Shown here piece by piece: positions 22,863 to 35,948 of a stretch of DNA of 64,000 nucleotides. The DNA comes from Rhizodiscina lignyota (Eukaryota): the NCBI GenBank assembly GCA_010015805.1, contig ML978132.1:496001-560000 (forward strand), given 5' to 3'. The notes under the pieces are model-generated. The model was not told the origin of the DNA and did no database searches. It worked only from the letters and a program-made list of their open reading frames with translations. The position numbers and the translations under genes were made by a program. How positions within the stretch are numbered: the stretch's first letter is position 1; every line of letters begins with the position of its first letter.

Positions 22863-25800
22863 ATGTCGAGATACGACCGGGACTCGAGATTTGCACGTGA
22901 CCGCACACCTCCTCGTTTTGACAGACGCTATGGCGGACGACCACCAAGTCCGTCGAACAGAGACGCTCCACGAGGTCCAAGGACGTCAGACCTTGGCCGT
23001 GATGGCGCACCGTCCGGCCCTCGTAGAGGCGGCTTTGGACGCGGAGACTACCGCGAACTCCGCGACGCGCCTCCTTTGAGCGAACCGGGACGGAGACCCT
23101 GGCGCGATGGACGCGATTCTGATATCGACTATGATAGACGGGACCGTCGGACTCCCCCTCGTGAACGTTCACCACCACGTCCACGCCGAGACTCAAGGGA
23201 GCGGCCTTATCCGAATGATCTGGACATTCCCCGGGCAAGGAGAAACTCCCGTGATGGACCACCATCTGCCGGATCCAGTCTTTCTGATGCGCCTCGTCCA
23301 TTTGCTGGCTCTCTCGGGCGTGGCGGCTTCGGTCGTGGACGCGGCAGAGGAAATTGGGACTACCGTGACCGTGGCCGTGCTTCGTACATCGATGACCGGG
23401 ATACGTTTCGTGCAAGGAGCAGATCACGCGGCTCGAGGATAGAGCGTGATATTTCTCGAGACAGTCGGGGATACGACCGACGTGATGATCTGAGGAGCGA
23501 TAGACGGGACGATGATCGAAGATACATTCGCGACGATCGTGATGCTGATCGCTTCAGACGAGATGCTGGACCCAGTCGCACTGAATCTCGTCATCCAAGT
23601 GGTGGTTCGGAGCAGAAAACCTATGGAGATCCATCTGGACCTTCAACTCCACATCCACTGGCGACATCTTTACATCCAGACCGTGCTGTGAATATCGAGC
23701 CCTCCCGAGACAATGATCCACCACGCAGAGCATCTGTTGCGGTGGACTCAGCGCCGCGAGAGCCGCGACGTGAGTTGGAGAAAGGTGAGATTTACACTCC
23801 ACGTTCCGAGCGGCCGCCTGAGAGGCCTGCTCCTCGAGCTACGTCGCCCTCTCCGTCTGGCCCCCAAGTACCTCCATCGGTTCCCGCTTTTGGCGGTGTT
23901 CCGATGTTTACTCGGACCTTGCAAACTTCAAACGTGTGGAGAGCGCCACAGTTGCAAAAACAACATAGTCTTAGTAATCTCTCTACAGCATCAGCCACAA
24001 GTTCTACAGCAGCAAGCAAAGCTCCAGCAGCTGGGCCTAAAGCACAAGCTGGAGCAGTACCGCCAACTGCACCAAAAGCAGAAAGACTCCCAGAACCGAC
24101 ACCAGTGGAACCTGCTACGCCAACGCCGGCCAAGAAAATCGAAGGTGCAACTGACGATAAGGCCCCATCATCAAGGCTCGAGCCCTCTGCACCACCCACT
24201 GGGCCTGCAAAATCACCATCCTTGACTGCTACATCTCCACGAGTGCTGAATGCTGAACCTCCGAAAGGCCCACGAGCGCAAACCCTTCCGTACGGCCCTC
24301 AAACCAATGTATCTTCACCAGTCTTCGCAAAGTCGCCAAGGCCAGCGCCAGCAATCCTCCAACAAGAGCCTGTCATACCTTCTGGCCCTCGTTCTGCACC
24401 AGGCCCAAGCGCATCACCACCAGGTCTGGGAGCAAATGTTCCTACAGGCCCTAAGGCAGAACGCGTTCCACCAGCTGGTCCACGTGGTGCTTTCGGTGCT
24501 ACTCCGAGAAATATATGGCGTCCTAGTGCTCCGATCCATTCGAAATCGAGTACCATCGTCCCTGCGAAGCGAGATGCCGCTGGTGATGAGAAAGCAGCGC
24601 CTGTTGCAAGTATCAGGAGATCTCCAACATTTGAGCGTAGCTCCTCTTACAATGAGCTCGCGACGAAATCGACCGCACCTAAGACTGCGCGGAGTGAACC
24701 GGACGAAGATATGGCACGAAAAAGACGTTGGGACCGGGAGACGACAGCGCCGCAGCCCGCAGCCCAACCTGCAACACCTGACCCTGCCCAAGATGTCGAG
24801 ATGGCCGATGTCGAGCCTGAAAAGCCTGAGCCTGAAAAGCCTGGGCGTGTCAAACCCCAACCCGCCAGGCGCGAGTCTACCAGGTCACCGGCTCCATCAC
24901 CACATGTATCCGAGCGCGCTCAACCGGAAGAAAAGGAACATGACTATAGTGATGATGAAGATCTCCTGGGAGAGGAGTATATTGCCGACCTCAACAGGAA
25001 ATTCGAGCGGGAAAGGGCGGTGATACTTGCAAGAAAGATTGATTTAAGTCAACCCGAATATCGATCTACTAGTCCACTTGCGCGGATCGCTCTCTTGGAC
25101 TCGCTCACTCCTGCAGATCTGCCTTTCAAGGCGCCTGCGGAAGAACCTTCTTCAGTGCCTTCTCCAACCGTAATTCAGCAGCCCATAACGTCGAGCACAA
25201 CCCCATTACCGAGCGTCGAGCGGCCCCAAACCGATCTGTTAACGCCAAAGGAAGAGCAGGAAGATGTGACTATGGAGGATGCCGCCTCTCCCGTCGTACG
25301 TACATTCGAGCCGCCACCTCCAAGAGAAGAAGTCCCTCGGACACCAACTCCGGAGCTCACATCGCTACCATTTCTCGCCAAAGGCCCTCCGTCGCCAGTG
25401 TCGGATCCGGATCAACAGACCGGCACGCAACTCGACGATGACAGCAAAGTCACCATCGTCTCAGTGTTGGCATCCGAACATAAGGCCGAGGCCATTCATC
25501 GTGAAGAGCTGAGAGTGGAATATGCCGAGCGCTACCGGCAGTGGAGGCGAAACGCCCAAGCCCTTCGAAGGAAGGAGCAAGAAGAAGTGGAAGCAAAACA
25601 ACGAGCTCAAAAGTTAGCAGAGAAAACCAAAACACCTGAGCCGGATCCAGCTACTGCTGCTCTCCCTCTTCCCACTCCAACCGAAGGTAGACGTAGTCAC
25701 CGCTTTGCCAGTCAGTTGGATTGGGAGATTGCCATCCAGGCATCTCTTGAGACGGCCAAAGAAGACCAGGCCAAGCAGGAGCGTGAGGCGCAGAAAGTTC

Positions 25801-28800
25801 AGGCCGACCTTGAGAAAGAAGCCGAGATTCCACCAATGGCATCACATCGCGAGATCGTCGTTCGCAGATTCCATGACACGAATCAGGCGCGCAGACCAGA
25901 GCGAGCAATCGAAATTTTCGACTTCGTACCGCCCGAAGATGATTTCACGGAAGAGGAGCACAATATCTTGGTTGCGGGCTACAAGTCTGAGCCCAAGGCA
26001 TGGGGCAAGATTGCGCAGAGTCTTCCAGGACGCACGTATAAGGACTGCATCAATCACTACTATGCTACAAAGTGGTCAACAGACTACAAGAGCCTCAAAG
26101 ATCGTCGCAGGAAGGCCCTGAGAGGTCGCGCTCGGGCACTGCGTGCAGCGCGCTCGAACGCACTCATCTCAGGTCTCGGCGCGAAGGACGATGATGAACT
26201 GGCACCCGCAGTCACTGAAACAGGTAGGCCAAAGCGACTCGCTGCACCGACGTTTGGTGAGAAAGATGCTACGGACGATGCCATGCTTGCAGGTGCCACG
26301 GCAAGGAAACTGGCTGTTTCGGCTGCAGAACACGCAATTGAGAAAGCAGGCAAAAGGGCCAAGGTGGCGAAAGAGAAAGGAACTAGAAAGGCAAAGAATC
26401 AGCCCTTGGCTGCGAGGCCGGCCATCAGCCCGACGAAGCTGGACAAAGACAGGAAGGAGAGAGGCCTGACTGTTGAGCCAGGAGACCCCAGTGCTGCTCG
26501 AGAAGGCGTGGAGAAATGGCCGATTATGCCGACTACTATCGAAGGCCCACCCAGTGCCCTGGGGACGGGCGTTCTGGGACCTGTTAATGATCTCTCAGTT
26601 CTACATGAGCGACCGGCTCCTGCTGCAGCGAATCCAGCTATTGTAGCGACCACAGAACGGCCGAGAGCCCATAGTGGCCATCAACGAGCAGGTGCGTCCA
26701 GTTATTGGTCTGTTCAAGAACAGAACGACTTCAAGCGCTATGTGGTCTACTACGGAACAGATTTCTTGACCATCTCAAGTTTATTGGGAACTAAGACAAA
26801 CATTATGGTAAGCTAAACATTAACGCCTGAAGGAAACAATTAACATCCTGCAGGTCAAGAACTTCTTTGAGCGTAAGAAGGTCGAAGGCAGCATGGCCGA
26901 AGCAATCCAAGCGGCATACGAAGCGGATGAGAAACGCGCTCGAGGCGAGCCTATGGGAGCACCGCCTACCCCGACCGCTGCACGTCGACGCATAGAAAGC
27001 GTGCAACCAACAGCTCCGCGCGCCCTTGCACCTAATCCGGACGCCATGCAAATCGACCACCACTCACCTCCTTCGCTGCCGAAGACGCAGCCACATACGT
27101 CGCCTCCTCAGAGTGCAAGCTCAAAGATTGGCGCTGCTGCGATGTCTCCACCAAGCGTAGCCATGCAGTTACCACCATCTCAGCCAAGGCCAGTCGAACA
27201 GCAGCAACCGTCAAGGGAACCGCCGAGATCTCAAGGCCCACGCATGGGATTTTTTAGCGACAGTGTGGAACGGGGTCGTCGCCCGGGAGGTCTTGTGCAG
27301 GAGCCGTATTCTGCTACACAGCCTGCTCACCAAACTCCATTCTCGTCGCTTATGCAGCCTCGACGGGAGGAGATGCCGAAGAGGGAGGAAATTCCGCGCC
27401 GAGAACCTCCTGTGGTCGAAGAAGAGACTCGACAACACTACCTTCAGGGCCCAGCTCAACCAGAGCGACGCGCGCCAAAGCCAGCTATGGAGAGCGAAAT
27501 GCCTCTGCGCCAGCCCGAATCCCAAAGAACAGCAATGGGAAACCAGTGGCCGTTTGAACAAAACCAGAGACTCTTCTCAAGGCCAACTCAACCCTTGTCG
27601 CAGCAACCAGCACATTCGTCACCCAACATTCGGGCACAACTTGAGGTTACCATGTCTCCACGCGGCATGGCGACTCATCCGGCGCCTGCTCCGCATACGA
27701 ATCCTTGGCCACCAACGAGTGACTCGAAACCACCAAGTGCTGGCCCCCCTTCTCAAGCTCAACAGCCGCCGCCACAGCCACAGCCAGCACCACCGAAGCA
27801 AGAGAACAAGAAATCGAATCTCATGTCGCTGCTCAACCCCGTATCCGCCGACTCGGATGCAGACAAGAGAGCGCGAGAAAGAGAAGAGAAGGAGAGGGAA
27901 GAGCGGCGCAGAGCCCAGGCACAAGCAAATCCACCTCCAAGAGAGTTCCCAGCATATCGCGACTTGTCTGGTCGGATATCCAGTCCAAAGGCCTCGTTTG
28001 CCGATCCGGGCGTGACGCAGCGAACTATGCCTACATATCGCTCTGCACTCCCACCGTCGCAGCCTTCATCAGCGTCTTCAGCGCCCGTGCCAGACGACCA
28101 TCGCTACCGCGAACATCGCGACAGCTGGCCCCCACAGAATCGCCATCTGTCGCAGCAGCAGTACGCGGCTGGTCCCCTGCGCACAGGCTCACCACTCGGC
28201 CTTCAAGGACAACAGAACCAGCCTTCACCCTCCGATTTCCGAGCGTCAGGGTTCGGTTCGAGCCACAGGTCTATGCTGAGCAGCCTCAACGCACAACCGC
28301 GGCACGTTGCCTCTCCACCTCCAGTCTCGCAGCCTGGAAGTTTGGCGCACTCGCGTTCTTCATCGCTCAATCAGTCTGCTGGAGCACCTCATTTGCAAGG
28401 TCAAATACCTCCTCCGAGTAGGATCGAGACGCCGCCGCAAGAGGCTAGTATGAGCGCGAATAGGATGCTGCAGCCAAACCCATACGCGGCTGTCCAGCCA
28501 CCGCCATCGCAGCCTTCAAGCGCGCACAGCGCCACACATCCGAGCCAGCAGCCACCGGCCAGGTATCAAGAGTCGCCGCATTCGCAGCACCATCACCAGC
28601 ATAGCGGCAGCTTGTACTCGACTAGTCACTTCCCCCCTCCACCTGGGCCCGACCCGCACTATCAGCATCAGAGCCAATACCCCAGCCGTCCACCGTCTGG
28701 CGTCGCGGACGTAAATTCAGTGCTGACGCGCGACCAACGAGAAGCGGAACGAGACAGACAGCTCCACCACGAACGGGAGATAAGACTCCAACAACAAGAA

Positions 28801-29244
28801 CGCGAGATGCGCGAACGCGAAGCACTGCATCTGCAGCGCACACAGCAGCAGGCGCAAGCCTCCCAAGGCCCAGGCGTCCCACCACAGCACTCCCAACCGT
28901 ACGGCCTCTCCGACCGCTTTGGCGAACGATTTTCCGGGCCCCCTACGCCGGTATCACTCGCTGCGCAGCAAGACCCGCGGAGCGCAGGTGCACATAGCCT
29001 CACTCCCGGCGGGCGCATCGGCTACCCTCCGCCACCGGCCCCGAGTCTCACGCCTGTAGATGCAAGGCCAGCGAACAGGGGATGGACACTTGCGGGTGCG
29101 ATAGAAAGTCAGCGCGAGGCAAGGCAGCGAGAGGAGGTGGACAGGGATAGGATGGAGCGTGAGAGGATGGAAAGAGAGAGAGAGATGCAGTGGCGCGGAC
29201 GGGAGAGGGGTTTTGAGACGAGAGGGTTTGGTGGGAGGGGATGA
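22863..29244 (+). CDS. SNT1: SNT1-like SANT/Myb domain subunit of the Set3 histone deacetylase complex (N-CoR-like)
   Basis: RD/RG-rich N-terminus; SANT1 FTEEEHNILVAGYKSEPKAWGKIAQSLPGRTYKDCINHYYATK; SANT2 SYWSVQEQNDF...LGTKTNIM|VKNFF across intron 26808-26853; KKSNLMSLLNP; P/Q-rich tail. Confidence 0.85.
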
Positions 29245-30681
29245 GTGGAGAGGATAGGATGTTTGGGGCTTGTTGGGCGCGGGTGGAGTGATACCACGGC
29301 GGAGGTTTGAGAGCTTGTGTTGCTTCTCGGTTGGTTCTTTTTTCTACCTTTTGCGCGATATCAGGGATAGAACTGCGGGCGAGGTGGCCGCTTGCTGATT
29401 TTGTGTGTATGGCTATATGGATACCTTGAGTGAGTTCGAAATGTATAGATATGCTTGTAAAACCTGTCAGTAGATGCTGTCTATTGTGAAGTGATGCTTC
29501 AGGCTCATGAATGACCTCCGCCTGCAGTCGGTTCAACAGTATGAATATCTCCTCGTGAAGCACGGGAGTCCAGAGGCAAAGGTATGTGACCCTAAAAGCG
29601 CTCGCCAGTGATAACTACACCTTAATCCCTTCCGCGTCTGCCGTTATTTCTTCCTATATCTACGGCGAAAACCTTGACCGACCACCAAATCAGTATCGCT
29701 ATCGCTCACGCAGCCGCAGCCGCCACCGAGGATCCGGAAGTGCACGAACTTCGAAACGCTGGTGTAGCTGAAGGCGGAGAAGGTTGAGCTACGCAGCAGA
29801 GGTGTGGCATTAACAACAGAGATCATCCTCACCACCACCAATAGGCATTGCCGCATTTCATCACTGTTAATGAGAGTGAGGGCGACGGCAGCGATTCGAC
29901 TGTGTCAGGCGTGAAGGTCTTGTTGCTGTACTTCATGCTCACCTCGGCGATCTCCATATCCAACCCCCCAGAGATGGTATAGCTTTAAGAGGAGCAGTGG
30001 TTTTGGGATGATTCGTTTGGGCTGCTCAATATTCGGTGGCGTAGACTGCGAAGAGCGTTGAGCATGACGGGGCGTCGGCAATAACCATTCATAACCTAGA
30101 TTGCGACGCCGAAATCTTACGACAAAGCATCTGATCTTCTCGTTGAAGCCATACGTCTTCATCTACCCTGTGCGCGGGTTTCCCTCGCGGTGAAGAAGAA
30201 TTCGCCGTCACCGCCCACTTCCTCACGGCCTCGTACGACCTAAAAGTAGCCCGGACAGCATTTGAATTTATCTTCCGGCCTGCGTTGCGACTTCCCCAAG
30301 TCGGCTAGCAGAGGTTAGAGCGCGTCGACAACTACGTGTCCACACTGTGCGAGATGAGTTCTGGAAACGCTTCCGCCCAGGGATACAAGAACAGCCCTGA
30401 TGAAGACATGTCCGGTGGAAGAGAAGCCTGGGCCAAGATGCATCTCAGTACAACTATGGATAATTCCAAGGAGAGAGCACTGTTACAATGCACATTGACG
30501 TTAAGGGAGCCGGGAATAGACCCAACCATTGCGTGCATGCTCCAAGACTCATCCATGTCATCTTTGTTCCGCTGCGTAGATATAAGATAGCTGGGGCATG
30601 GATAGACTCCCCTTGAGCCGCTCTTCCCAAATCTCAATGTTTTTGCTTGACCGTGGAACAGAAACAACGTACAGTCCCCGA

Positions 30682-31395
30682 CTACATCGGCAGTGCCATC
30701 GTGATCACTCGATCCCAATTCCCCGGGTTAACCCATCGGCGTACTTCGTGGAATCCGCATTTGACCAAGACCTTGTAGCTAGCAGTGTTGGGTTCTTCTA
30801 GCGCCGCTATTAACCCGATGTCGCATCTTTGCAACAGTCGAGCGGTCTCTTCCGGGTCCCTTTCTTCAGCGGAGGAAGAAACATCCCTTTTCCAACCCTC
30901 GATCAGCTCTTTCCAGTGCTGTACGAAGGCGCTGACAGCCTCTGTTATGATCCCCTTACCCCAGAGTTCTGGCAGGAGCATGTACCCAATCTCCGCCACG
31001 ATTTCGCCCTGGTCCTCACCCTTGTCCTCGCCCTTTTCATCTGCATACACAAGCTTCGCGCAGCTAATATCACCAACAAGTGTCTCCTCTTCCACTACGA
31101 ATCCCAAGCTCTCTGCGACCTCGGGTTTCAGCTCGATACCGAACCCATATGCACTTGGTGGCCTGGCTTCGTATGGTCCACTTTCTGGACGGAGCAATGG
31201 CTGCATTTTCAACCAAGTTGCGTCTTCATCTGCATCAGGCTGATGTGCGCGGCTATATTTCATCACCTGAGCATCGCCGCGTAGTTTGTAGTATGCGGGG
31301 AGATCAGATCGTTGTATAGGGCGGAGGATGAGGCGAGCAGTTGAGATCGTGTTGTTCCGCGGGAGTGGGAGAGGAGGAAATTGCGCGCTTGACAT
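30682..31395 (-). CDS. GNAT acetyltransferase (RimJ/RimL type)
   Basis: STARLILRPI, EIGYMLLPELWGKGIITEAV, NTASYKVLVKCGF. Confidence 0.9.
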   Translation of the reverse strand: MSSAQFPPLPLPRNNTISTARLILRPIQRSDLPAYYKLRGDAQVMKYSRAHQPDADEDATWLKMQPLLRPESGPYEARPPSAYGFGIELKPEVAESLGFVVEEETLVGDISCAKLVYADEKGEDKGEDQGEIVAEIGYMLLPELWGKGIITEAVSAFVQHWKELIEGWKRDVSSSAEERDPEETARLLQRCDIGLIAALEEPNTASYKVLVKCGFHEVRRWVNPGNWDRVITMALPM

Positions 31396-32100
31396 TTTGG
31401 ACTGGAGTGGAAGAAATATACTGGACCATTAGCAGATTCTGAGATGATCTTAACACTCTAATAAGAATCAATCGGTAACAAGGGAATCCACACTTTGCAG
31501 ATACGGAGTCTGGAGAAGGCTTTACGGTGTCTCAAGTAGGAAATATCACTGCGCGAAAGCAAGCAACAATGATAATTGAGGAGTACCAAGAGTGACAGGA
31601 TGCAACTGCTGAAGGAATAGCTAGCCTCAAGTAGTCTAAATAAATGCTCCGGCACCTAGCCCTACCTACAGTCACAGTGCAGGTTTGGGGGAGAGGATAA
31701 GTCATTTCATCCTAATCCTAATATGGACTAGTCCATACCCAGCAAGCCAGCATTCCGAGCCCCAAAAGGTGACTGGAAAACACACTACAACTTTGTTTCT
31801 TTACCTCATTTAAGGAGTATAGTCAAAACGGAAACACTCAAAAGTTCGACGACTCATCTTCTATAGACAACTGTTTCGTTGTAAATGGGAGAACCGAAAG
31901 GTTTGATACTCGAAAGAACCCTACACCCCTGCTAACCAAATCTAAGGAATCCACTCCGTTGAGACATTCACTTTTCAAAATTTCCACACACATGAATCTG
32001 TAAGATCCTTAAACGTCTTTCCAAGAGACATTCTATGAGAACACCAGAGCACGTGCATTAGACATATTCCCATCATCACTCGTATCGTATCTTCAAAACA

Positions 32101-33652
32101 TCAAGGCGTATTCTCATCTGAACTCTTCATTTCATGTACGATGCCAGGACCTTCGTACTGCATGGAATAATTCACTTCCATCTCTTCGACACCATGAATG
32201 TCGGCTCCAGGTTGGGCCTCGGCAGGAGCGGAAGAAAACGCTGGAAAGCCTGGTGAGGCGTGGCTGAAGCTCGACGGGGTGCTTTCGCTCAACTGGCCAT
32301 AATAGGGAGCTCTAAGAGGGGAGCTTCCTGGGTCTTCGTATACGTAGGAGTCTGTCGACTGAATGGTGTCTGAAGCCGGAGTCCTCGTACGAAACCGAGT
32401 CTCATCATCCATGTGTGACATGGAAACAGAGGGAGCATCATCCCTAGACTGGCGCGGGAGACCGATCGGCGTTGGTTCTAGAAATGACCCCGAACGACGG
32501 ACCTCGACAAACTGTTCAGAATGCGAGGTACGACCGTCAATGCTCGCTCTGGAATCACCTGGGGGTACTCCTAACAACTGATTCGCTGAAGACGCAGAAC
32601 TGTTGCCTCTAGTCCTTCTCGCAACTCTGCGAGGGTCTTTACGGACTATTCCAGTGCTCTGGGTATCACGACTCCCACGCCTGATGCTACGCGTATTCGG
32701 TGTAGCTGGAGCTTCGGTCATACGATGGTCTGTCACATCTTCTCCAGCAACGGCTAGTTCAGATGGCCTCATCCATGTGTACTCAACATAAAGCACCTCA
32801 AGCGTTTGCTCACGGTTGCCAAACAGATTCAACATCGTGTTGAATTTGCGAGAAGTGAGCTCAGAGTCTCTTGGAACCTTATCACTCCTGTCGATGTGAT
32901 TCTGCTCGTGGACGTAGATCGAATTATCTTCACCGACGTCCCCGAATGCGGCGAAACAGACCAAGCACAGTCCACGTCGCTGCTTTCGAACAGGTTCGAG
33001 CAGGATACCTCTAAGCTTTTTGAGGATATCCTTAGGCCGTTCGAAGCCGTGCTTATCGATCAAATGTTGACTGCACTAATGCATTAGAACGTATGTCAAT
33101 TTACGAAGGAGTGATCCTCACATCAAATCTCTTGGCGAGTCGAACACCTTTTTACACTGGTGCCATTCGTAGTGGATCTCAGTCACATAGAGGTCAGGTC
33201 TTGCAATGTGGAGGACGCACGTCGAAGTGGGTTTCGTCCTCTCGTGCAATATAAATGGCCTGTCCACGGCTTGGATTGCTTTTCGCCATTGAGCTTGCCT
33301 CCCGGTGGATATCGATTGTCCCTCCTCTATTGTACCACCATCGTGGGATCCAATATGCGTAGGTCCATCTCCTTCACGCACACTGTCCGAACCCAGGGTA
33401 CTGGCTAGGTCGTACGTGATAACCAGCCCCCTTTCTGGACCAACAGGTGGCCCTCCTGCGTGGCTTGTTTCGATGGCTCGTTCGAGAGGTGAGACGGCGT
33501 GGCGAGGATTAGCCTTGTCCGTAGCCTTGTTCGAGCTCCCATTGCCCGTAGACACTGTTCGCAGCAGTTAGGGCGTTTGCCTTTCAGAGAGTTTGCATAA
33601 GGCAGGATGAGGTAACGTTACCCTGCACCTGGCGCTTCCGATCCTTCGGCAT
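32101..33652 (-). CDS. Hypothetical protein with two C2H2-like zinc fingers and a disordered C-terminus
   Basis: Hand-spliced model: MPKDRKRQVQ|VSTGNG (intron ~33621-33555), then CKKVFDSPRDLI|QHLIDKH across an intron (~33120-33071), then CLVCFAAF...IYVHEQNH. Stop at 32101. Confidence 0.6.
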
Positions 33653-34348
33653 TCTTGCAGTTTTTAGTGCACCTCAGCACTGTTCTAAGTCTTCGAGCAG
33701 GTTTGGTAATCCGAGCAACGGGTTGGCGACGAACGCAAGAGCGTTGAATTCCTGCGAACAGGAAGGTAAAAGGGAGGATTGGAGACGTGATCGTCAAGGT
33801 AGAGAGCATTTCGTCCATGGCGGCGGCACTGCTCAGCAGCGTGCCTGCTGCGTGGCCAGCACGTTGCGTTGCTAGAATTCGCAACGAGGGATTGTGAGCG
33901 CCTCGCAGGTGAGCTTTTGGTGGTGGGAAGGGGAGCGCTACGCTCGTTTTGGCGCTCGGGGTGCAGGCGTTGCGAGTTTCAACAACCACCTCACCGCTCT
34001 CACCACTCGTCCATTTTTGCGAATTCTTTTAAAACGTTAGACTCATGGAATATCTCAGAATGATTTGTCTTTTTGAGCTCTCATAACTGATCGATGATGA
34101 CTAAACTCGAACTCCGCAGCCTGGCAAGTTCTTTTAATCAATTCTCTACGTCGTATGTAAATTCTCATAACATCGCCGTCATCAGCACATACAGTAGACC
34201 AGCTGTCCGTAACCATCTACCCATCAAAACGACGCAGAATTTCGCAACGACATTGTTTTTAGGGTGTTATGCCTACCTGACAATGTTACAATTACATGGC
34301 TAATATTTCACCCCCTCAACAACCGACCCGAAGCACAGCATGTCTTAC

Positions 34349-35842
34349 CTACTTTTCCAATGGCGGCAGTGTGCAATCGTTACCCACACCCCCATGTACG
34401 ATATAATTGGCCTCCATCCCCTTGCTAAGGTGCTGATTGAAATGGCAGATGACCTGCCACCAACCCGGATTTGCCGCGTTCATCGTAACCGTTATCATCT
34501 GCCCAGGATTAATTGCCACAGAAGGCGTCACAATTCCATGTTGCAACACATTATCTCCATGCCAGTGCACGGTGTGAGTATCAAATCCCATGTCCCAAAG
34601 ATACCAGATGACCTTGTCGTTGACGCACATTTCGAAGGCCGGCGAGTTTGAGAAGATGTAGCCGTTCATTGGGAAGAAGTTGGCGGCGACACTAGTATTG
34701 ATAGATGGAATATTCGGAGTGTTGATGAGTTGAGGGTACCAAACTGATTCGTTGCCCGATGGGAGTTTTGGGTAAGTGGAGGACTCGTTGGTGAAGGAAG
34801 ACGCAATCTGCGGAAGATACTTTTGCACATTGTGGAGCGCGAGGAAGGAATTGGATTCCTGGTTGTCGCCATAGAAGAGGACAAACTCGCGGTTCTGGGC
34901 CATAGTCGATTCCATAGTTCCCGCGTTGTAGATGATGATGGGTCCGCTGAGACCAGCATCTTGGTCTTGGTACATACTGATAAAGTCAGCCAATCTATTT
35001 ACAGCGAAGGGCACCTTCTTGAATAACATACCTCACATATGAATGGTAAGAAAAGAGCTTGCTATTCATTCCAGGATCAGGCGACGCAGAGCTACCCGGG
35101 ACCAGCCTCGTTCATGTTAGTGCTTGAATTGTAGCGTCGGAATAGAATGCTCACCATTTATACACGAAACATTCCCCAGGAGCAACTGCATCGCCGAGTG
35201 ATGGATGCGTACCCGTACCATTGTAGTATATACTTCCTTCGAACTCTTTCGGATAGAAAAGTCCCATACTGTGCATACTCGCGTAGAATAATTCCATGTT
35301 GTTGACGAAAAGGATCTGCTTTGGTGTGAGACTCTCGAATTTTAGTATCATGAGGCTCAGCCTTACTTCGATCATATCCCCAACTTCTCCTCTGATCGTC
35401 GGGCCCATGTAGCCCTGCCATGGAGGCTGTTCTGTGCGTGTTTTGAAGTCTGCGCCGGTGTATCCACGATACAGAGCTTTGTCGTATTTGGTGCCCATGC
35501 TGGTATTCGATGGGATATATCCCCAAGTCTGCGCTCGGAAAGATTCATTCATGCGAACACCCAGATAGTTGTCATATCCTGTGATCGGCGTTAGATACTT
35601 CTTCGGCGCGTTAGGTTTTAGGTCTAACCTGATGGCGCATAATCCCATGCATCTACTTCAGCAGCAACATAGTATTTGCGTACATTTCCACTGAAGTGGA
35701 ATCCCTCAGGCACGTAGTACGGTAAAGAGCTGTCCATTTGAGCGGCACACCGTGATACTGCCGGCGAGCTTGCGGGAGAAGGCAGAGAAGCCGCTGGCAG
35801 GGCCAAGGCCATGAAGTAAATGAGACTAGATGCCCGGACCAT
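34349..35842 (-). CDS. Secreted two-domain cupredoxin / ceruloplasmin(hephaestin)-like multicopper protein
   Basis: Signal peptide MVRASSLIYFMALALPAAS; ceruloplasmin-like VRKYYVAAEVDAWDYAP and KYDKALYRGYT...GYMGPTIRGEVGD; copper motifs SMHSMG, SYHSYV, HTVHWHG, VICHFNQHLSKGM. Four GT-AG introns. Confidence 0.85.
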
Positions 35843-35940
35843 CTTCAACACTCCGTTTCAAGGCGAGATGAAGAAATGAAGGGGTTTTCTCCAGATTGTG
35901 GAGAGTGGTTTTGAGCAATTTTCGGTGCTCTGCCTGACCT

Positions 35941-35948
35941 CTTTTATA
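35941..35948 (-). promoter_or_regulatory. Candidate TATA box of the cupredoxin gene
   Basis: TATAAAAG on the minus strand ~100 bp upstream of the ATG at 35842. Confidence 0.45.
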
